A stretch of DNA of 64,000 nt from Candidatus Poribacteria bacterium (lineage in GTDB: Bacteria > Poribacteria > WGA-4E > WGA-3G), in assembly GCA_965208735.1 (NCBI GenBank), contig CBDBPM010000002.1, positions 2,985,961 to 3,049,960 of the forward strand, read 5' to 3'. Below are positions 56,856 to 64,000 of this stretch, one piece after another (position 1 is the first letter of the stretch; each line of letters opens with the position of its first letter). The notes under the pieces are model-generated. The model worked only from the letters and a program-made list of their open reading frames with translations. It searched no databases and had not been told where the DNA came from. The position numbers were made by a program, and so were the translations under genes.

Positions 56856-57962
56856 TTAAAGGCTTGGCGGATAGCAACAGATGATTTCCATCGGGGTGTC
56901 GCCGGTACTAACGATGACGTAACTGGACAAACAGCGTGGGATGAAAACAGATTTGCCGCGTTTGAGCGGAACATCTTCAAAATCGCCGCGCAGTACGCCT
57001 TCACCGCCCAACGTCACGAGTGCATAGAAGCCTTTATCTGCAGGCATACTCAGCGTTGAGTCCACTGTCAGACGTGAGCATCCGAAGAATTTAGAGGCTT
57101 CCTCTGGCACGATTCGGTCTTCGCGGTTGTCCCCTTCTGCTCGGACGAGTTCTGGGGTGCGTCGGATGTAGTTATTGAGGTAATCCAATTCGAGTTTATC
57201 GAATTCAGCGGCATCTACTGCGAGATCCCATCCGAGGCCGAGGTGTCCATCTTCTCTTTCAAACGGAAAACCCTCCCATTCAGCGAGGATATTCCAATCG
57301 GTGGGTTCCTGCGGTTCGAGGACACATAACCCCGTGCCGAGTGAATGGACGATCGGTGTGCGTAAGAAGTAGACTTCTCCAACTTTGGGTTCAACGACGT
57401 GCATGAGGCTTCGGAGTGTCGGCACATCTTGTGCCTCCATCAGACGACGGAATTCTGCTTTGTCCATGTCTTCTTTCCATCCGATCCACGCTTTCGCGCC
57501 CGGACGCGTGCCGATTAAGATCCATGCCTCATTTTTGCCGAAGGGTGAGTTGAGATGTTCTTGTGCGAAATCCGGGTTCGGATGCCAATGGATAGGGATA
57601 TGCGCGCCTTCACCGACATCGAAAATCTTAAGAAGCACGCCTAATTCAGTGCCATATTTAGCGACGTGCGCGCCGCCGAGTGTCTCTTCGGGGAATGCGT
57701 CCAGCAGTGCTTTTAGTAATACAACCTCACCGCTTGGAAGTTCGACACGGCTAAGCCCTTTGTCGAGTGGATTATCTCTGCCGGGAGTTATTGCGCGGTT
57801 TGTGGAAAAGATCCATTCCTCGGAGTAATAGTCATCTTTCGGATCGTCTTCACCCATAAACTCAGCACGGAGTTTCCCGCCGTTATAGAAATGCAAGTAA
57901 GTATTCGGTGCTAAGGCGATGGGTGCGTCTAACATTGACTGTAATTCGTTTTGTGATGCCAT
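56856..57962 (-). CDS. Class I mannose-6-phosphate isomerase-like cupin protein
   Basis: ...HIPIHWHPNPDFA...GKNEAWILIG... resembles the type I PMI zinc-binding motifs. Confidence 0.4.
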   Translation of the reverse strand: MASQNELQSMLDAPIALAPNTYLHFYNGGKLRAEFMGEDDPKDDYYSEEWIFSTNRAITPGRDNPLDKGLSRVELPSGEVVLLKALLDAFPEETLGGAHVAKYGTELGVLLKIFDVGEGAHIPIHWHPNPDFAQEHLNSPFGKNEAWILIGTRPGAKAWIGWKEDMDKAEFRRLMEAQDVPTLRSLMHVVEPKVGEVYFLRTPIVHSLGTGLCVLEPQEPTDWNILAEWEGFPFEREDGHLGLGWDLAVDAAEFDKLELDYLNNYIRRTPELVRAEGDNREDRIVPEEASKFFGCSRLTVDSTLSMPADKGFYALVTLGGEGVLRGDFEDVPLKRGKSVFIPRCLSSYVIVSTGDTPMEIICCYPPSL

Positions 57963-58120
57963 ATTGTTGTCCTTTCTTTATCTTTAACTAAGGGTCGTTT
58001 GTAGGTTCCCTCGTTTGAAGTAAGTTTATCATTTTAGACAGGTTTTGTCAAGTCAATTTTTGGGTGTCTAAGAGCGTTCCGCCTTCGGTTCCTTAGTAAG
58101 ATTTTGGATCATCAGACCCA

Positions 58121-58204
58121 GTAGGCGCGGTTTGTAACCGCGCCGGACGTTCAAGGAACGCGTTGTATTTACCCGTCTTCGCTGGCGAGGTTTCTAACCT
58201 CGCC
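58121..58204. repeat. Two GGTAG-hairpin family copies (gtaggcgcggtttgtaaccgcgcc and ctggcgaggtttctaacctcgcc)
   Basis: Read in sequence; the second is near-identical to the dnaN terminator hairpin. Confidence 0.7.
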
Positions 58205-58276
58205 TTACATTAATTGTCAGGGGTATTTGGAAGGATAAATTTGGGGTGGTTCTACTGTTTCGTTAGCATTCGTATG

Positions 58277-58669
58277 TTACAAAATCCATGACTGTATATG
58301 GTCAGCAATCACTTCAATATCCGTTATGGTTCCATCCGCAATCTTAAGACCGAGTTCGATAATGGAATCGTTAATGTTGAGAGATAGGGTGCAACTGTTA
58401 AATTCTAAAAACAAAATGGCACAATGTAGACCAACACGCTTATTCCCGTCGAAAAATATATGCCCTGTGATAATGTGATGCGCATATACAGCGGCTTTTT
58501 GAGGCAAAGTTGGATACAGTTCAGTGTCACCGAATTTTCCACTAACTGCCTCAACCAGATAGCGTAATTGATTTTCATTCAACAATTGATAGTCACCGAC
58601 ATGTCCCTCAGCAACCTCCAGTATTTCCGCAATTGTCAAATATCTGAGATGTTGCCGAGAGTTTTCCAT
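58277..58669 (-). CDS. Doc-family (Fic-fold) toxin
   Basis: 130 aa with the Doc motif HIFFDGNKRVG (H-x-F-x-D-G-N-K-R). Confidence 0.7.
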   Translation of the reverse strand: MENSRQHLRYLTIAEILEVAEGHVGDYQLLNENQLRYLVEAVSGKFGDTELYPTLPQKAAVYAHHIITGHIFFDGNKRVGLHCAILFLEFNSCTLSLNINDSIIELGLKIADGTITDIEVIADHIQSWIL

Positions 58670-58941
58670 GCGCGATCGTAATTTCGTAATATTTCCTTTG
58701 AGGCTGTGGTACTGTTTATCCCGATACTGCTGGCAGCTGCCATGTCAGACTTTGCTTTTTCCGTTCCTCCGAGGCGTAACCAAGCCTTGCTGCGTCTGTA
58801 ATAGGCATCAGCATAATCGGGTTTGAGTTCTATCGCTTTGGTGTAGTTTTTAATAGCAAGCTCAACCTCACCTTTTTTGCTGTGAGCCAATCCGCGATTG
58901 TAATAGGTTTTGGCACACTTTTGATTCAGTTCTTTTGTCAT
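58636..58941 (-). CDS. Small TPR-repeat protein overlapping the Doc gene start by 34 bp
   Basis: Two TPR units (YYNRGLAHSKKGEVELAIKNYTKAIELKPDYADAYYRRSKAW) plus a C-terminal tail of about 35 aa. Confidence 0.45.
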   Translation of the reverse strand: MTKELNQKCAKTYYNRGLAHSKKGEVELAIKNYTKAIELKPDYADAYYRRSKAWLRLGGTEKAKSDMAAASSIGINSTTASKEILRNYDRAWKTLGNISDI

Positions 58942-59043
58942 ATTTTCTTTTTCCTTATACAGATAACTTGAAAAATTTGATTCTGGGCTTTTCTGACTCG
59001 CTGATTTGCAGAATAAGAGTGCTTTAGCAAGTTAATTTCCGAT

Positions 59044-59499
59044 TTAAGCTCCCCATGTTACAGTTAATTTTTCCACCGGTTCCACTACACGAAACTGGTT
59101 TGGAAAATCTTTCATTATATCAGTGATCTTATCATCCAGAATAGTGTCGTAGACAGTGGTTTCATAAGTAGTACTTTTTAGTAGAACATCTTTCTCATCA
59201 GATTCTTGTATGCCAATTTTCAGAGGAGCGTCACTAGTTACAGGTCTTTCTGTAGAATCGTGTAGACCAGAACGTTCGCTCTCAGCATATCGTTTTAACC
59301 GGTTCACATACATAAATATGTTACTAGCTAAATAATACTGCACCTCAATATTCATCCGATCAATTTCGGCAAGAAACCCACCCGCGGATAATTCATAATT
59401 CCGCGGGTTGGTTTCTACCTCTTGGAGTTTTTCAACCTGTTTTTGAAAACGTCCAATGCGCTCCAATGTTGCTTCAAGTTCTTGATTGTTCTGAATCAT
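59044..59499 (-). CDS. Hypothetical protein, probable partner of the disrupted nucleotidyltransferase (toxin or antitoxin-like second gene)
   Basis: 151-aa ORF overlapping the NTase fragment 3' end by 26 bp, as in NTase/HEPN-type pairs. I cannot identify a firm HEPN Rx4-6H motif by eye. Confidence 0.35.
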   Translation of the reverse strand: MIQNNQELEATLERIGRFQKQVEKLQEVETNPRNYELSAGGFLAEIDRMNIEVQYYLASNIFMYVNRLKRYAESERSGLHDSTERPVTSDAPLKIGIQESDEKDVLLKSTTYETTVYDTILDDKITDIMKDFPNQFRVVEPVEKLTVTWGA

Positions 59500-59761
59500 T
59501 GTGAATCACCTCAACTATACCGCGTTGAGTCTTGTCGCGTTTAGTTTGCCAGAATTCTTCTATTCCTTGATCATCGTTGAGCAGAGCCGACTCAGGAATC
59601 CAGAAAATACTTGCTCCTAAAACATTTTGTGCCTTTTGATGGTTAAAGATGAAAGCCGCTTCACCATGTACTTGACCGACATCAAATGAATCTTGCATCA
59701 GGAGGAATATATCCACATCACCCGGAATAGGTTTGGCTGTTATAAACGAACCATATATAAT
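59474..59761 (-). pseudogene. C-terminal fragment of a nucleotidyltransferase (MNT-type) gene separated from its 5' part by the IS/composite insertion
   Basis: Minus-strand frame immediately after the IS left inverted repeat reads (L)IIYGSFITAKPIPGDVDIFLLM..., the GS-x9-13-DxD NTase motif, with no upstream start. Confidence 0.6.
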
Positions 59762-60851
59762 TAGGACTTACGCAAAGTTGACGACAATAGAAGGCTTTTT
59801 GATCTCTCGTCGCAGATAGTCCTCGTATAAACTTTCTTTCAGGCGGTAAATCGTTTGACCCGTCGTGCGCGCAGCACGCGTCAAACTGACCCAGACCCAC
59901 AAACAACAGGCAATATGATTGCGTTGTCCACGATGTTGACGACTTTGGCACTTGCTGATACCTGTCGTTTGCTTGAGCTCACGATGAAGTTGCTCAATCT
60001 TCCAACGAACGCGACATTCTTGCTGCGTCGCAGTCACATCCGATTGAGATAAATCGTTGGTGGCAATATATTCCGTGCGTCTGGTGCCGGACGCTATCCG
60101 AAACAACTTCACTTGGTGGCCTTTCGGAAACTTGTAGATATGAACACGTTTACCCTGTCGCAACTCTGATTCTGTCCACGTCAGATCATCTATCCGTTTG
60201 TGCGGGTCAACACCCTCAGTGTCATTGACGAGACGATTGCGTTTCAAGGGAGCATAATAGATTTTTGAGAGACTCTGAATCGTTTTTAGCACTGCCATTG
60301 AAGCATACCAAGAATCTACTAACACGACCCGAAACGGGAGATTTTTCACGAAGTAGGCGTTCTGCAACATCTCCTGAAGGTGTTGAAGTTTGGTTTTCGC
60401 GTCTCGGTCTGGATCATAGATACGGTAATCAATAATCCAATACTGATGCGTCTTCGGATTGACATAGACACATGTCACGAGACCGATGCCTTGGATGACA
60501 CGTTTTTCGGAGCCACTCCACTGCCGGCGAACAGGTTCTATCTGTTTCGCATAAGGTTTTGGCATGACGGTATCATCAAAAAGAACGTATCCGTCTTCAT
60601 CAAACTCAATATCGTTTCGCACCGAACGCCAGAGTTCACGGGCAGGGATACGTTCGGTATTCAGGAGACGATTGAGTTGATCATGGCTCCATTTCTCCGT
60701 ATGATTGGCAAAGTGTGTCTGTGTGAAGTTCTGAAAACCGGCTAACAAAAATTGGCAATAATCCGAGAACAGCGGTTGTCTCTTTTCAGAAAGATTCATG
60801 CTCATCATAATTAAAAACTATAACACATTTTAATTCATTGCGTAAGTCCTA
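59762..60851 (-). mobile_element. IS4-superfamily (IS701-like) insertion sequence, 1090 bp, terminal IRs TAGGACTTACGCAA
   Basis: IRL 59762-59775 taggacttacgcaa. IRR 60838-60851 ttgcgtaagtccta. Encloses a 346-aa DDE transposase. Confidence 0.7.
59768..60808 (-). CDS. DDE transposase (IS4/IS701-like)
   Basis: DDE residues in ...YWIIDYRIYD..., ...VVLVDSWYAS..., and the downstream Y(2)R(3)E(6)K-like signature R-WKI-E-QLHREL-K. Confidence 0.75.
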   Translation of the reverse strand: MMSMNLSEKRQPLFSDYCQFLLAGFQNFTQTHFANHTEKWSHDQLNRLLNTERIPARELWRSVRNDIEFDEDGYVLFDDTVMPKPYAKQIEPVRRQWSGSEKRVIQGIGLVTCVYVNPKTHQYWIIDYRIYDPDRDAKTKLQHLQEMLQNAYFVKNLPFRVVLVDSWYASMAVLKTIQSLSKIYYAPLKRNRLVNDTEGVDPHKRIDDLTWTESELRQGKRVHIYKFPKGHQVKLFRIASGTRRTEYIATNDLSQSDVTATQQECRVRWKIEQLHRELKQTTGISKCQSRQHRGQRNHIACCLWVWVSLTRAARTTGQTIYRLKESLYEDYLRREIKKPSIVVNFA

Positions 60852-61151
60852 CCAAATAAACTCGTCTCATGACATGTTAACCTCCAAATGCTTGAATTTT
60901 GGAAAAATTTTAGCAGCATTCGTGAATTAGGTCAACTGCTTTTCGCTGGTGCCGCAGGACTATTTAGTTTTAGATAAATTACCGGATTTTCTAAATTTTT
61001 GAATTTTCTTTTTCAAGTCCGGTGTCCCTTCCCAGTAACGGGTGGGAGCCCTGGTTGCAAACCGTGAAGAAACACCCAAGCAAAAACCCTACCGGGCATG
61101 GGGGCGAAAATTGGACGAAAAAACCGAGAACTAAATAGCCCTGCTGTTTGG

Positions 61152-62336
61152 TTAGACCCGGTGGAGCTTTAGTAATTCCCAATTCGGCTCAAAACCGATG
61201 CCGGGACGAGACGGAACGGTAACATACCCATCGGGTTCTAAAACCATTGGTGGGAGGAACATTTCACCACGTAGCGGGTCCACAGCCGGTGGATAATATT
61301 CTAACATCAGACCGTTATTTCGACTTGCAGCGATATGGATTTGCAATTCTTGTGCACCGTGTGGCGCAATCAACTTTTCGGCTGCCAATGCTTCTTCAAC
61401 AACCTGCATCGCTGGTTCATAGCCGGGAAGGATCGCAACATCCAGGTTGAATACATCCGCGCCATCATAATCAATGAGTGTTTGGAAATAGTGTAACCCG
61501 TATCCGTTTTCTCCAGTGGCGATTTGTATACCATAATCTTGTGCTATCTCGCGGAACGCTTTATGTCCGCGGTAATCGTGGCTATGAATCGGTTCTTCAA
61601 ACCAGAAGATGTCGTTCGCCTGCAGCGCGGGCAGAAACACACGCGCCTCTTCAATCGACAAGGCACAATTCGCATCTACCATCACGGTAATATCGGAGCC
61701 GACCGTTTCGCGAACCGTCTCAATTCGTTTGATGTCTGTTTCAAGTCCGGCATCGGGGTCTCCAATCTTCATCTTAACCGCGGTGGCGTTGAACGCATTT
61801 ATATTCCGCGACATCTCCTCGCAGAGTTCGTCAAACCCCTTATCTCGACCGTAATAACCACCGGCGATATAGGTCCGGATGCGTTGCTGCGTACCGCCGA
61901 GTAAAGCGTGAACAGACTTCCCTTCTATTTTCCCACGAACATCCCAGCACGCTTGGTTTATTGCCGCGAGTACTTGTGTGTGATACCCACCGGGTCCGTA
62001 GATTTTGTAGTTCTCGGCTAACCGTGAGACGTAAGCGGTATCCGTCACATTGCGTCCGATCAATGCCGGACGGAACAGATCTACAAACTTTGGGAATATG
62101 GAGAGTGGACGGGTCGCAGCGGTGCCGCCGTTGAAACCGTATCCGACGATCTCTTCTGTCCCGCTTTTGGCGGTCACCTTTATGAGGTGCAGCCTGCCTT
62201 TATCATAGACGTGCATGCCGTTCCAGATGGGTGGCTTGTCCCATTCGTAGCGTTGGCTTTCAACGGCTGTGATTTTGAAGGTGGGTGTAGACATTGTTTC
62301 TCTATTCTGGGACTTCCCAAATGGATCTTGATGCAA
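61152..62336 (-). CDS. Enolase-superfamily enzyme (mandelate racemase / muconate lactonizing enzyme family)
   Basis: ...KIGDPDAGLETDIKRIETVRETVGSDITVMVDANCA... and ...FWFEEP... metal-ligand motifs of MR/MLE. Likely true start MSTPTFKITAVES at about 62294. Confidence 0.7.
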   Translation of the reverse strand: MHQDPFGKSQNRETMSTPTFKITAVESQRYEWDKPPIWNGMHVYDKGRLHLIKVTAKSGTEEIVGYGFNGGTAATRPLSIFPKFVDLFRPALIGRNVTDTAYVSRLAENYKIYGPGGYHTQVLAAINQACWDVRGKIEGKSVHALLGGTQQRIRTYIAGGYYGRDKGFDELCEEMSRNINAFNATAVKMKIGDPDAGLETDIKRIETVRETVGSDITVMVDANCALSIEEARVFLPALQANDIFWFEEPIHSHDYRGHKAFREIAQDYGIQIATGENGYGLHYFQTLIDYDGADVFNLDVAILPGYEPAMQVVEEALAAEKLIAPHGAQELQIHIAASRNNGLMLEYYPPAVDPLRGEMFLPPMVLEPDGYVTVPSRPGIGFEPNWELLKLHRV

Positions 62337-62489
62337 AAATTGTCAGATGTAATTCTTTGTCAAAAGCGATGATACGTGCTTGTGAGCGGGTTTGGAACAA
62401 CCGCGCTAATTGCTCATAGGACATCTCTCTTTTGCTACTTCTCTGATGTGTGAAATACCCATTAGCGGTTTTGTAATTCTATATTTTCC

Positions 62490-62525
62490 CCAGGCCAGGT
62501 AGGTGCGGTTTCCTAACCGCACCGG
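62490..62525. repeat. GGTAG-hairpin family member (ccaggccaggtagg tgcggtttcctaaccgcacc gg) with a compensatory stem change relative to 35836
   Basis: ttcgg/ccgaa at 35836 versus tgcgg/ccgca here. Confidence 0.7.
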
Positions 62526-62664
62526 GCATCTCTAAAAAATTACCGAATTTAAAAATTAATCTTCATTTAGTTTGCGGAACTTACAGACACAATCTAACAG
62601 ATTATGCTACAAAGGTGGCAACTTGCGTTATTATAACACGAAAGCGGGAAATGCGTAAGTCCTA

Positions 62665-62846
62665 ATAATAAATCTAGCCACTTTTCTGGTGCTGGTTGCC
62701 AACATGAATATGTATTCCAACCGCTGTCCAACACGTTCTCTTTGGACAGTGCCTGTACCGAAATGTTGCAGCACCTCAGTCAACGTTGCTTGGTGAGTTC
62801 CTATAGGTAAATCTCCATTGTTGTCAAATTCGGGCCATTTCTTCAT
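62665..62846 (-). pseudogene. N-terminal fragment of the same nucleotidyltransferase gene (MKKWPEFDNNGDLPIGTHQATLTEVLQHF...RLEYIFMLATSTRKVARFII)
   Basis: The ORF runs into the solo IR at 62651-62664 and terminates inside it. The N-terminal G-LP-G-H--T--EV---F motif is typical of the N-domain preceding GSFxT...DxD in MNT-like NTases. Confidence 0.55.
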
Positions 62847-62871
62847 GTGGATCTGGATCTCGGTCCTATCG

Positions 62872-64000
62872 CTAAATTAGCATTGAAGCGATGTCTTTTG
62901 GCAACTGAACACCAATTGCCCGCTCAAGGTCTAAAATGCTTATGTTACGAAAGTTAGCAGTGATATCCACTCCACCGTCCCGAGCAATAATCAGGTCAGA
63001 TCTCGCTTTTTCCCATTCTCCTAAGACTAACCACGCAGCCCCGCGATTGTAATAGGCTAAGGCGAACATAGGGTATAGTTGTATCACCTTGTTAAAATCT
63101 TGGATAGCAAGGTTGTGCTCACCTTTGATGCCGAGAGCAACACCGCGGTTATTATATGCCTCGGCGTAATTGGATTTAAGTTCTATTGCATTGTCAAAAT
63201 CTTGGATGGCTCTATCGGAGTCACCGTTTTTATCGTACGCAACACCGCGTCTGTTGTAGACCTCAGCGGAATCGGGTTTTAGTTGTATTGCCTTGTTAAA
63301 GTCTTCAATAGCCAGGTCAAGGTTACTTTTTTCACTATACGCAAAGCCACGGTGATCATAGACTTCAGCGTAATCAGGTTTGAGTTCTATCGCTTTAGTA
63401 AAGTCTTGAATGGCAAGATCAAGGTTTCGTTTTTTGTTATAAGCAACACCCCGATGGTAATAGGATCTAGCATCATCCGGATTCAGTTTTATCGCCATGG
63501 TATAATCTGTAATGGCTTTGTCAACCTCGTCTTTATCTCGGTAAGCATCACCACGATTGCAATAAGCATTAACATAATCGGGTTTAAGTTGTAACGCCTT
63601 ACAAAAATCTTGTATAGCAGACTCTAAATTGCCTGTTTTGATGCAAGTAGTGCCTCGGTTGTTATAAGGTTTGGCATAGTCGGGCCTTAGTTCTATTGCT
63701 TTGTCAAAGTCCGTGATGGCTTTGTCAATCTTGCCTTTTTTACCATATGCAACGCCGCGATTGTTGTAGAAGTCAGCATCAATTTCAGGTTTGAGTTCTA
63801 TTGCTGTAGTATAGTCTTGAATAGCAAGGTCCAGGTCGCCGTTTTTCTCGTAGATAACACCGCGAGTATTATATGCTTCAGCATCATTGGGTATTAATCG
63901 TATCGCCTTAGTAAGATCTTCAATGGCTTTATCAAATTCGTCTTTTTTACTATAAGACAAGCCGCGATAAATATGAGCTTTGACATCACTGGGGTTCAGT
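62872..64000 (-). CDS. TPR-repeat protein (at least 10 TPR units); the N-terminus lies beyond the window end, so it is partial
   Basis: Repeating AxxYxxRGxAYxxxxxxDxAIxDFxKAIELxPD units. The frame stays open upstream of the track start (TTG at 63960) to position 64000. Confidence 0.6.
   Translation of the reverse strand, partial: LNPSDVKAHIYRGLSYSKKDEFDKAIEDLTKAIRLIPNDAEAYNTRGVIYEKNGDLDLAIQDYTTAIELKPEIDADFYNNRGVAYGKKGKIDKAITDFDKAIELRPDYAKPYNNRGTTCIKTGNLESAIQDFCKALQLKPDYVNAYCNRGDAYRDKDEVDKAITDYTMAIKLNPDDARSYYHRGVAYNKKRNLDLAIQDFTKAIELKPDYAEVYDHRGFAYSEKSNLDLAIEDFNKAIQLKPDSAEVYNRRGVAYDKNGDSDRAIQDFDNAIELKSNYAEAYNNRGVALGIKGEHNLAIQDFNKVIQLYPMFALAYYNRGAAWLVLGEWEKARSDLIIARDGGVDITANFRNISILDLERAIGVQLPKDIASMLI

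Larger units (their letters stand above)
59762..62664. mobile_element. Composite 2.9-kb mobilised unit (IS plus 1.8 kb passenger DNA) bounded by IRL at 59762 and a solo inverted IR at 62651, flanked by 5-bp ATAAT direct repeats
   Basis: ATAAT at 59757-59761 and at 62665-62669. Joining the flanks with one ATAAT copy removed gives a continuous in-frame NTase ORF. Confidence 0.55.

Noticed and set aside
60852-60890. An alternative NTase start (GGAGG...ATGAGACGAGTTTATTTGG) immediately outside the proximal IS right end, which would fuse in-frame to the YGSFIT fragment
   Set aside because: No matching target-site duplication flanks the 1090-bp IS alone, and the fusion would give only a 6-residue N-terminus. 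The ATAAT-flanked 2.9-kb unit reconstruction yields a full-length, family-typical NTase and is strongly preferred.

Overview
This window reads as a 64-kb chromosomal segment from an uncultured Gram-negative bacterium. Type-IX-secretion C-terminal sorting domains and Planctomycete-type cytochrome (CxxCH) N-termini suggest an FCB-group or candidate-phylum organism. Housekeeping genes are a partial Gfo/Idh/MocA oxidoreductase, glnD, an SDR epimerase, trmB, uvrC, hflX, smpB plus tmRNA (ssrA), tRNA-Leu(CAA), dnaN, nadC, a GldA/F/G-like ABC-2 transporter operon, and a polysaccharide O-acylation cluster (an SGNH/PepSY protein, an MBOAT, and two DHHW/AlgJ-like proteins). Three accessory regions stand out. 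(1) An AT-rich island at about 19.6-25.1 kb carries a 1544-aa NACHT-type STAND NTPase with an unusual N-terminal domain, followed by a Phd/YefM-RelE toxin-antitoxin pair and preceded by a small membrane-protein gene that a 23-bp tandem duplication has frameshifted. (2) Two giant paralogous secreted proteins at 11.1-18.0 kb combine LRR, cohesin-like, dockerin-like and T9SS-tail modules. (3) An IS4/IS701-like element plus 1.8 kb of passenger DNA carrying an enolase-superfamily gene has inserted as one 2.9-kb unit, flanked by 5-bp ATAAT direct repeats, into a nucleotidyltransferase gene. A 122-bp MITE-like element with the same inverted repeats sits after glnD. An intact IS200/IS605 element (tnpA plus tnpB) lies between hflX and smpB, and a Doc toxin overlaps a TPR protein. 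Intergenic DNA carries three distinct repeat families: heptamer-array inverted-repeat elements, GGTAG-flanked hairpins whose stems covary, and a 113-bp tandem duplication upstream of trmB. I found no rRNA and no CRISPR array. All calls come from reading the sequence and the six-frame track; no database search was possible.
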